DNA from: an uncultured bacterium
GTDB lineage: Bacteria; Electryoneota; RPQS01; CBDVBD01
Length of the DNA: 52,113 nt
NCBI GenBank assembly: GCA_965372135.1
Contig: CBDVBD010000003.1
Location: forward strand, 1 to 52,113
Direction of reading: 5' to 3'
In this document: piece by piece, positions 8,192 to 15,918 of the stretch
Numbering within the stretch: the stretch's first letter is position 1
Layout of the letters: each line of letters starts with the position of its first letter
Notes under the pieces: model-generated
The model's database searches: none
The model's input: the letters and a program-made list of their open reading frames with translations, nothing else
Told to the model about the DNA's origin: nothing
Translations under genes and position numbers: made by a program

Positions 8192-9727
8192 TTAGGTTAG
8201 GCTACACAATTCACCCAGCAGGTCATCGACACTGATGTCGGTGCCAGTGGCGTTTTCCACCTTCTCACGCCAGGAAATGTATCCGCCCGGTTTGAAGCAG
8301 GTTTCGATCAGGAAAGATGCGATATCCTTATTGCCGTAGATTTCGCCGCCGTTCGACCCTAATTTGCCTCGTAACTGCGCGGCTAAGCAATCGGCAAATA
8401 TGTAGCTATACACATAGAGTGGATGGGTGACGAAAATTGAATGCGCCGCCCATTGCCGGGAGGGCTCTTCGGTTACTATGGTAAACTTCCCGGCGATTTG
8501 GTGGCTGAGCATATCCAGGTCACGGTCCTGATCGGTCACTACTTCGAATTCAAAGGTGGCGGATGCCATCAAGGATCGCAACCAAGTAATTCGTTCGATA
8601 GCTCGGGCTTCACGGTACCGGTCAATCTTGTCGGATGACAGCCCGGTGTGAGTGAGCAGCCAGTTTTTTTCCTCGGCGATGCCTTCCAGGAATTCCGCTA
8701 TACCTTCCCCGAAGGGAGGACCGGTGTCATGTTTGGCAATATGATGTTCTTCGGGTACGTAGCGATCCTGTAGGGCGTGTCCGAATTCGTGGAACAGCAC
8801 TTTAACGTATTCGTGACCGTCACGGGGATTTAGAAGCACCCTGATGTCCTTGGGAGGATCGATGCCGAAACAGACGCCTCCGAAGGGGATGTCGCCGAAT
8901 TCGATATGGATGTCCGCAAATTCGTTCTTGGGAAACCCGAGGGCTTCCGCCATCCCCAAGGTCCAATCCACCATTTTATCTTTGGGAAAGGCTTCCTTGG
9001 GCAGTGATACCTGCTTTTGTAACAAGTAAGATACATCCCAGGGCTGTACCCGATCATAGCCTTCTTTGGATCCGGCATCATCGAGAAACGCATAGTACCT
9101 GTCACGAGTTCCTGCTTCCAAGCGGTCGAATACCGACATGATTTCGTTTTTTTGGATGTCGGTCATGGGCAGATCGAGGTCAATCAGGTCGTCGTAGCCC
9201 AGGTCTCGTGCCCGGGAATTCCGTACTTTCACCAATTCGACGCTACGCTCTACGATGGTATGGTGCAGAGCTTTATTGGAATAGTATCCCTCCCGACGCA
9301 GGTCCCGGTTCGGATCGCTGCGCATCAATTCCCGCAGGTCGCTGCGTTCCATCATCTCCCCCCCCACCGTGGGACGGAACCGGATCACCTCGGAATTGAT
9401 CTCGTTCTTCAGTTTGAATACATCGGCATGGGACGTCACCTGAGCGCCGGTCAAGGCACGTTCGAACAGGTCAAGAAGCCGCGCTAAAGTGGGATCATCT
9501 GCTTTATCCCGCCAGGCTTTGACGGTTTCCAAGTGGTCGGGATCCAACAGCAGCTCGGAAATCTTGCCTTCCAGTTCGTTCAGGTCATCCTGGGCTTTCC
9601 CTAAATACGTATCCCATAGGCATTCTCCGTACTTAATGCCTCGTTGGTGGATTTCCTGATCCAGGCTAGTTATGAATTTTCCCAATGTTTCTTGATCTGC
9701 GATGGGAGTGGAATATCCTTCGATCAT
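8192..9727 (-). CDS. M3/M2-type zinc oligopeptidase
   Basis: HEFGH zinc motif, downstream GEGIAEF third ligand, RNSRARDLGYDD and PWD motifs; no signal peptide. Confidence 0.78.
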   Translation of the reverse strand: MIEGYSTPIADQETLGKFITSLDQEIHQRGIKYGECLWDTYLGKAQDDLNELEGKISELLLDPDHLETVKAWRDKADDPTLARLLDLFERALTGAQVTSHADVFKLKNEINSEVIRFRPTVGGEMMERSDLRELMRSDPNRDLRREGYYSNKALHHTIVERSVELVKVRNSRARDLGYDDLIDLDLPMTDIQKNEIMSVFDRLEAGTRDRYYAFLDDAGSKEGYDRVQPWDVSYLLQKQVSLPKEAFPKDKMVDWTLGMAEALGFPKNEFADIHIEFGDIPFGGVCFGIDPPKDIRVLLNPRDGHEYVKVLFHEFGHALQDRYVPEEHHIAKHDTGPPFGEGIAEFLEGIAEEKNWLLTHTGLSSDKIDRYREARAIERITWLRSLMASATFEFEVVTDQDRDLDMLSHQIAGKFTIVTEEPSRQWAAHSIFVTHPLYVYSYIFADCLAAQLRGKLGSNGGEIYGNKDIASFLIETCFKPGGYISWREKVENATGTDISVDDLLGELCSLT

Positions 9728-9738
9728 TTGTGCTCCAG

Positions 9739-12216
9739 TTATTGAATTTCGAGTTCGAACGGCATCAGCAACAACGGTTCGCCGTCGCGATAATTACTGG
9801 CTCTTTTCCACTGGCTCGCCATGGCTTTAATTTCTGGTGACAGATAATCCGAGATGATACCATTGATTTCATGACCGAACCCGAATCCCTTTGGTTTGGG
9901 AAGTATGGTATATTCGACGTCGCGGGTTTCTGGGATTTCGGCGACTTCCTTGGCGATCTCTATTGCCAACCGCAATCCGCCGATTTCGTCCACCAAACCG
10001 ATTTTCTTGGCTTGATTCCCGGTCCAGACACGACCTTTTCCAATCTCATCCACCTCTTCCGGAGTCATGTCACGTCCTTCAGCCACATTTTCTACGAATG
10101 TATCATAGATTTCATGGCATTGTGCTTTAACTAATTTCCATTCATCATCGGTAAACCCGCGGTCGGTGTCATATATAGAAGCATGGTCACCACGATTGAG
10201 AGTTTCGAAGTTGACGCCGATTTTTTCGTATAAACCACTGAAGCTCAATTTTCCGGTGATGACACCGATGGAACCGGTGATAGTTCCGGCATCGGCGACG
10301 ATGGTGTCGGCTAAACAGGCGATGTAGTACCCACCGGACCCGGCAACTCCGCTCATGGAAACGATGAATGGTTTCGCATCATCGCCCTCGGTGCACAATT
10401 TTGCCTCTCGAAGGATCACATCTGAGGCTAACGCGGAACCACCCCCGGAATCGATACGAAGGATAATTGCTTTCACCTGAGGATCATTTCTGGCGACACG
10501 GATAGCGTCGGCAACGGTTTCGGAACCCATGGTTTTGCCAAACAGCATGTCGCTGCCACTCTTACCTGATTCGATGGCACCTGTGGCGTATACGATGGCG
10601 ATTTTGTTCACAAACGGCGTTTCCCATTCAGTTTCGTAATCTTCCTGGCACCAGTAGTTGCACCCGGATACCATGTTAATTTTTTCTCCGCCGACTTGTT
10701 TTACAAGGTCCTGCAATTCGTCCTGGAAGATCAGGGTGTCCACCAATCCGGCTTCGTAAGCACCGGCGCCGGTGTAGGGACCCTGGTCGATGATACTCTT
10801 GAATTCGGATTGGGTCCAGCCGCGCGACTGTGCGATGGTTTCGGTGTACTGGTCGTACAGATCGTCCAGGAGGGAGTTAATCATTTCGCGGTGGGCTTCG
10901 GACATGGACTCGCGGGTTAACAAATCCGCGGCGGTTTTATATTCAGCGATTTGGTACAATTCGGCTGTGATGCCCAGTTTTTCCAAGGTGTTTTTCAAAA
11001 ACATGGCACGTCCGCGCATTCCAACCACGGCTGCGTCACCGGTTGGAATCATTGCGATTTTGTCAGCCACTGATGCCAAGTAGTACCCGTAATTCCCGCA
11101 GCTTTCCATGTAGCAGACGATTTTCTTGCCGGCTTCTTTAAAGGAAACCAAAGCGTCTCGGATTTCTTGATATTTGGCGGGGCTCATCTTAGGACCTTTT
11201 AATTTCAAAGTCATGCCCTCCACAGCAGGATCTTCTTCCAGACGTTGAATCCTCTCCAATAGTTCCGCGAAAGTGGTCTTCCGAGGTGCGAATAACCTGA
11301 ATGGTGGTTTCTCCTCGGGATAATTACCTTGGATAGTGAGGCTGACATAACGGTGCTTCGGTTCGGCAATCGTGCGCTGATAACCGGTGGAAAATTGGAC
11401 GATACCAGTTCCTTCGGCGATTTTGCCGTCACTGCCAATACTCATCACCTCTCCCAATCGGCTGTAGCCAGTAGCGAATTCCAGTCCAATCCCGAAACTT
11501 TCGTCGCGGAAATCGTTTTCCGGTTTGTAGCTGCCGATGAGATGAATGCCGTCAATAGGTTCGGCTTCCACCCGGAAATCCCAATCGATTGCATCACCGT
11601 AACTATAAGTGCCGGTTTCAAACAGGCCGGCATCGACTGATACCGTTAACCGATCATTTAAGGGTCGTGCTGCCATTCCGAAGGTGTAACGGGTTTTTTG
11701 ACGAATATCGAAAACCTTGGGTTCGTTGATACCATCGGCAACGGCGGCAAGGGATACGTGCTTGCAGGGATGTCCTCTCAATCCCAGCGTCCAAGAACCG
11801 CCGTGGTCGACCCCTTCGTACCAGGAATAACCGAATCCAAAATACACGCCGGGTGCGAATTTCATTCCATGACTTAATGTGTAGCGTTCGTAATCCAAGA
11901 AGCCGCGCCGGACCCACTCGATATCAAAACCCATTGCACCGGCACGAAGGTACATTCCAACATCATCGGTCAGATTGTGCCTGTCATAGGGCAGCAGAAA
12001 CATGAAATCCGCACCCTCGCGGACAGCCAATCCGGCAGGATTCAGTACACTGGACAGCGCATTATCAGTCACCGCTACCGACGGCGACATGTGGCTGATA
12101 AGGTTGGATGGGAGACAAGAAAGCTTTGCTTGGAAACCCTCAAGGTCCCCTGCCAACGCCCAGGAATTTCCCAGTATAAGTACGATAAGAGTAACAAAAA
12201 CAGTTCGCTTGATCAT
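9739..12216 (-). CDS. sppA: Signal peptide peptidase SppA (S49, tandem domains) with N-terminal beta-barrel-like extension
   Basis: Two S49 domains (YYLASVAD, YKTAA Lys, RIDSGGGS, GSGGYYIA Ser, TGSIGV, GRVWTG); about 270-aa N-terminal beta-rich region with NPAGLA after a cleavable signal peptide. Confidence 0.88.
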   Translation of the reverse strand: MIKRTVFVTLIVLILGNSWALAGDLEGFQAKLSCLPSNLISHMSPSVAVTDNALSSVLNPAGLAVREGADFMFLLPYDRHNLTDDVGMYLRAGAMGFDIEWVRRGFLDYERYTLSHGMKFAPGVYFGFGYSWYEGVDHGGSWTLGLRGHPCKHVSLAAVADGINEPKVFDIRQKTRYTFGMAARPLNDRLTVSVDAGLFETGTYSYGDAIDWDFRVEAEPIDGIHLIGSYKPENDFRDESFGIGLEFATGYSRLGEVMSIGSDGKIAEGTGIVQFSTGYQRTIAEPKHRYVSLTIQGNYPEEKPPFRLFAPRKTTFAELLERIQRLEEDPAVEGMTLKLKGPKMSPAKYQEIRDALVSFKEAGKKIVCYMESCGNYGYYLASVADKIAMIPTGDAAVVGMRGRAMFLKNTLEKLGITAELYQIAEYKTAADLLTRESMSEAHREMINSLLDDLYDQYTETIAQSRGWTQSEFKSIIDQGPYTGAGAYEAGLVDTLIFQDELQDLVKQVGGEKINMVSGCNYWCQEDYETEWETPFVNKIAIVYATGAIESGKSGSDMLFGKTMGSETVADAIRVARNDPQVKAIILRIDSGGGSALASDVILREAKLCTEGDDAKPFIVSMSGVAGSGGYYIACLADTIVADAGTITGSIGVITGKLSFSGLYEKIGVNFETLNRGDHASIYDTDRGFTDDEWKLVKAQCHEIYDTFVENVAEGRDMTPEEVDEIGKGRVWTGNQAKKIGLVDEIGGLRLAIEIAKEVAEIPETRDVEYTILPKPKGFGFGHEINGIISDYLSPEIKAMASQWKRASNYRDGEPLLLMPFELEIQ

Positions 12217-12299
12217 GACTTACCTCGTTATTAGCGTGTTTAGTATCGGGGTTTATGCCCGGCGTTATTTTATGTTTTTCCGGTGTTAAGAAAACAATA

Positions 12300-13202
12300 T
12301 CAATGCAGTCTGCGGCGCTTGTTCAGGTATTCGAACAAGGCTTGGTCGTAGGATAAAGTGGTGTCGAGCAGGTTGTAATCGACCTTGTCCTTGCGGCATT
12401 CCCGTTTCAATGTTTCGGTGAAATCCCGCACCAGCCGCCGGTAGTCTGCTCGAATGTGCCAGGGTTGGGTGGTGATTTCCTGACCGGTTTCCAAGTCCTC
12501 GATGATGGTGTCCCGGGTGTAGGAGAAGTTTAGCTCCATGGGGTCAAGTATTTGGAATACCAATACTTCGTGTTCGTCATGCCGGAAGTGCTTTAATCCG
12601 GACAGGATTTCTGATGGGTCGTCCATCAAATCGGACAAGATAATAACCAGCCCGCGGCGGTGGATACGTTCCGCAACCTGGTGCAGGGCTTTGCCCACTT
12701 GGGTTTTTCGATGAGTGGTTGGTGTTTCCAGGGCGGACAGGATTACGTTCAAATAGCTGCGGATGGATCGTGGGGGCAGGAATTTCTGCACCTGGTCATC
12801 GAACACCGCCAAGCCCACAGCATCGCGCTGCTCCATCATTAAATAAGATAGGGCAGCCGCTAAATATGTTGCATATTGAAACTTGGAAATTGGTCCGGAA
12901 CCGAAATCCATGGACGACGACGCATCCACGACCAGGTAGGCTTTGAGGTTGGTTTCTTCTTCGTACTGTTTGATGTAGAAGCGGTCGGTTTTGCCATAGA
13001 CCTTCCAATCCACATTCCTCAAGGAATCTCCGGGCATGTACTGGCGGTGTTCGGCGAATTCTACGGAAAAGCCATGATAGGGAGATTGGTGCAGCCCGGT
13101 GATAAAGCCTTCCACCACAAGACGAGCCCGAAGCGCCATATTTTTCAGGCGGGACACTATCTCCGGATTTAAATAATCGCGATAACTTTGATGTTGAGGC
13201 AT
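12300..13202 (-). CDS. DUF58 domain protein (MoxR-associated, VWA-like)
   Basis: GLHQSPYHGFSVEFAEHRQYMPGD, DWKVYGK, EEETN and DASSSM motifs. Confidence 0.9.
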   Translation of the reverse strand: MPQHQSYRDYLNPEIVSRLKNMALRARLVVEGFITGLHQSPYHGFSVEFAEHRQYMPGDSLRNVDWKVYGKTDRFYIKQYEEETNLKAYLVVDASSSMDFGSGPISKFQYATYLAAALSYLMMEQRDAVGLAVFDDQVQKFLPPRSIRSYLNVILSALETPTTHRKTQVGKALHQVAERIHRRGLVIILSDLMDDPSEILSGLKHFRHDEHEVLVFQILDPMELNFSYTRDTIIEDLETGQEITTQPWHIRADYRRLVRDFTETLKRECRKDKVDYNLLDTTLSYDQALFEYLNKRRRLH

Positions 13203-13220
13203 GTGGGTGTATTGATTCTG

Positions 13221-13415
13221 TTAGACGAAAGGTACGCCAGTGTGGGGACACCCCCGCAGGAACCATAAGATCAACATAATCACGGCGATGATGAAAAATA
13301 TGGTCAGGAACACCCGGGCAATTGCCATGGAACAGCCGGCGATTCCTTTAGCGCCGATTATCATGGCGAGCAACCCGATTACTACGAAGAGAATCGCCCA
13401 GTAGAGAAAGGACAT
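13221..13415 (-). CDS. DUF1328 (UPF0391)-like small membrane protein
   Basis: 64 aa, two hydrophobic helices, LYWA...G..GIAG....IAR pattern. Confidence 0.7.
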   Translation of the reverse strand: MSFLYWAILFVVIGLLAMIIGAKGIAGCSMAIARVFLTIFFIIAVIMLILWFLRGCPHTGVPFV

Positions 13416-13430
13416 GGCTTTTCCTGCGAT

Positions 13431-14426
13431 TTATGATTCGTTCAGTAGTTTTTCCACAATATCAACCGCACCGACGCCTTCGGCTTCGGCGGCAAAGGAA
13501 GTCACTAAGCGATGCCGAAGCACCGGTTTTGCAACTGCTCTGACATCCTCGATGTCGGGAGTGGGTCTGCCGTCCAATGCGGCACGGGTTTTGGCACCCA
13601 GGATTAGGTACTGGGAGGCACGAGGACCGGCGCCCCAGGTAATCCACTCTTTAATGTAATCCGGGGAATCATCCGCCACCGGCCGGGTTTTTCTGACCAG
13701 CGCTACCGCATATTCGATCACGTTATCCGCTACCGGCACCCGACGCACCAGGTCCTGCAGTTTGATGATTTCATCGGCGGTCAAGACCACCTCCAACTCC
13801 TGAGAATACATGCTGGTGGTGGTGCGGACGATTTCGTGCTCTTCGGTATCCTTGGGGTAATCCACCCACAGGTTGAACATGAAACGGTCAAGCTGGGCTT
13901 CCGGTAAGGGGTATGTGCCTTCCTGCTCGATGGGATTCTGCGTGGCGAGTACGAAGAATGGCTCTTGCAGACGATAGGTCTCACCAGCGGCGCTAACTTC
14001 GTGTTCCTGCATGGCTTGCAAAAGGGCAGCTTGAGTCTTGGGGGGAGTTCGATTGATTTCATCCGCCAAGATGATATTGGCAAACACCGGACCCTGGACG
14101 AATTTGAACACCCGTTTACCGGTGGTGCGGTCTTCCTCGATGATTTCGGTGCCGGTGATATCGGACGGCATCAGGTCAGGGGTGAACTGGATTCGGTTGA
14201 ATTTCAGATCCATGACTTGAGCTAACGTCGATATTAACAAGGTCTTGGCTAAGCCGGGAACTCCGATCAACAGGCAGTGTCCACGGGATAACAGTGATAT
14301 CAACAGCTCGTGGATTACATCATGCTGCCCAATGATAACTTTTCCCACCTGGGCAGTGATGCGGTCACGGGCTTGCTGGAGTTCCTTTAGGATTTCAAGG
14401 TCTTGGGCTTCTGCCTCTTTCGGCAT
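13431..14426 (-). CDS. moxR: MoxR family AAA+ ATPase
   Basis: GVPGLAKT Walker A, RIQFTPDLMPSDITG, LADEINRTPPKTQAALL, ATQNPIEQEGTYPLPEAQLDRF; GGAGG RBS. Confidence 0.95.
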   Translation of the reverse strand: MPKEAEAQDLEILKELQQARDRITAQVGKVIIGQHDVIHELLISLLSRGHCLLIGVPGLAKTLLISTLAQVMDLKFNRIQFTPDLMPSDITGTEIIEEDRTTGKRVFKFVQGPVFANIILADEINRTPPKTQAALLQAMQEHEVSAAGETYRLQEPFFVLATQNPIEQEGTYPLPEAQLDRFMFNLWVDYPKDTEEHEIVRTTTSMYSQELEVVLTADEIIKLQDLVRRVPVADNVIEYAVALVRKTRPVADDSPDYIKEWITWGAGPRASQYLILGAKTRAALDGRPTPDIEDVRAVAKPVLRHRLVTSFAAEAEGVGAVDIVEKLLNES

Positions 14427-14463
14427 GAGTCCTCCGTTTTTCTTGGATGCGGATTAATCTTTA

Positions 14464-14492
14464 ATGATACGGCTTTTTTCGTTAAAAATCAA
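14464..14492 (-). promoter_or_regulatory. Putative sigma70 promoter for the moxR operon
   Basis: TTGATT-17 nt-TATCAT on the minus strand. Confidence 0.55.
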
Positions 14493-14502
14493 CCATCTTT
14501 TC

Positions 14503-14531
14503 TTGCAATTTACTTAACTTTTACGTACATT
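14503..14531 (+). promoter_or_regulatory. Putative sigma70 promoter toward rlmN (divergent from moxR)
   Basis: TTGCAA-17 nt-TACATT. Confidence 0.5.
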
Positions 14532-14565
14532 TGAGCCATGGAAACAACTCCACGTAACCAAATCC

Positions 14566-14642
14566 TGTGCCGTCACACGCCCTCGTGTGACGGAATACAC
14601 TATCTTCTGATGGCTGGCAGACGAGGGCGTCTGCCAGCACAA
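14566..14642. repeat. Inverted pair of REP-like palindromes
   Basis: TGTG-CCGTCACACG-CCCT-CGTGTGACGG, and on the opposite strand TGTG-CTGGCAGACG-CCCT-CGTCTGCCAG; perfect 10-11 bp stems. Confidence 0.75.
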
Positions 14643-14664
14643 TTTAATTGCTTACATTTTAGCC

Positions 14665-15693
14665 ATGGGCACAGCACCACCTAATCTGATCGGTTTCACA
14701 AAACAACAGTTGGAACAATTTGCGGAATCCATCGGGGAAAAGCCGTACCGGGGACGGCAGCTTTTCCGGTGGTTGTACGGAAGCGGCGTTCGGTCGTTCG
14801 ATGCGATGACCGATTTGGGAAAAGAGCTACGCAATCGATTGCATAATCAGGCTCGCATTGCCCTGCCGTTATTAGTTGATACTCGATGGTCGGAGGATGG
14901 TTCCACGGTCAAGTGCCTGATGGAGCTGCACGATGGGCACCGGATCGAATCGGTGTGGATGGATGAGGAAGCTCGGCAGACGCTGTGTCTGTCCAGCCAG
15001 GCGGGGTGCGAGTTGGGGTGCCGGTTTTGCGCCACCGGTAAGTTAGGGTTAGGGCGGGATTTAACGCCGGATGAGATTGTGGGGCAGTTGCTGGTGATGG
15101 AATCAATAACGGGACGTCGCCCGACTAATGTAGTGATGATGGGGATGGGGGAGCCGCTGCTGAATTTGGACAACATGCTGCCGACGCTGCCGATTTTTGT
15201 AGCGGGTGACGGGTTTGCCGTCAGCCACCGTAGGATTACGCTCTCCACCTGCGGGATTATCCCGGGGATCGAACGGCTGGCTCATGAAGAAGTCAAGTGC
15301 AAATTGGCGATCTCATTAAATGCCACCGATCAGGATACCAGAGTGAAAATAATGCCCATCGCCAGGAAATACCCCCTTGAAGACTTGCTGAATGCGGTTC
15401 GGGAATATGCCAAGACCACCCGCTACCGTGTGACATTCGAATATGTGTTGATCGCAGGGGTTAATGACCGGGATGAGGATGCGATGATGCTTCCGAAGTT
15501 GTTGAAAGGGATCCCTTCCAAGATCAACCTGATTCTTTGGAATCCCACCGATCAGCCCTATCAACCACCCGGGAAAGACCGGTTGGCGCGGTTTGAGGAA
15601 GCATTGAGACAACACAAAATACACGTATCAATTCGCAAGAGCCGGGGAGCGGATATTGCGGCGGCATGCGGGCAACTGGCAGGAGAAGTATGA
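14665..15693 (+). CDS. rlmN: 23S rRNA (A2503) / tRNA C2-methyltransferase RlmN
   Basis: CLSSQAGCELGCRFCATG radical SAM motif, MGMGEPLLN, EYVLI, DIAAACGQL. Confidence 0.95.
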   Translation: MGTAPPNLIGFTKQQLEQFAESIGEKPYRGRQLFRWLYGSGVRSFDAMTDLGKELRNRLHNQARIALPLLVDTRWSEDGSTVKCLMELHDGHRIESVWMDEEARQTLCLSSQAGCELGCRFCATGKLGLGRDLTPDEIVGQLLVMESITGRRPTNVVMMGMGEPLLNLDNMLPTLPIFVAGDGFAVSHRRITLSTCGIIPGIERLAHEEVKCKLAISLNATDQDTRVKIMPIARKYPLEDLLNAVREYAKTTRYRVTFEYVLIAGVNDRDEDAMMLPKLLKGIPSKINLILWNPTDQPYQPPGKDRLARFEEALRQHKIHVSIRKSRGADIAAACGQLAGEV

Positions 15694-15700
15694 TTTAAGT

Positions 15701-15795
15701 TATATGTGTCATTGCCCTCCCCTTACTCCCCACTGCAAATAGCAGGAGGGCTGGATCCCGCATTCCGCCGGTTGGCGGACGGGATGACAAATATA
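15701..15795. repeat. Palindromic REP/dRS3-like intergenic element with nested hairpin
   Basis: Terminal inverted TGTCAT...ATGACA, internal GCCCTCC/GGAGGGC, CTGGATCCCG...GGGATGAC, nested TCCGCC-GGTT-GGCGGA at 15764-15779. Confidence 0.5.
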
Positions 15796-15838
15796 TATGG
15801 ATGCCAATAGGCGACATCAAGAAAGGGTGAAAAAATAG

Positions 15839-15867
15839 GTGACATTTACGGATTTTATTTGTATCTT
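15839..15867 (+). promoter_or_regulatory. Possible sigma70 promoter for the M1 peptidase-nth unit
   Basis: GTGACA-17 nt-TATCTT in an AT-rich stretch. Confidence 0.35.
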
Positions 15868-15918
15868 CCAATCAAACAACACAATAATTATTCAAAACAA
15901 GACACAAAGGGTGGAATC

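Noticed and set aside
14566-15795. Palindromes as a CRISPR array or IS ends
   Set aside because: No regularly spaced direct repeats with spacers, and no cas or transposase gene in the window
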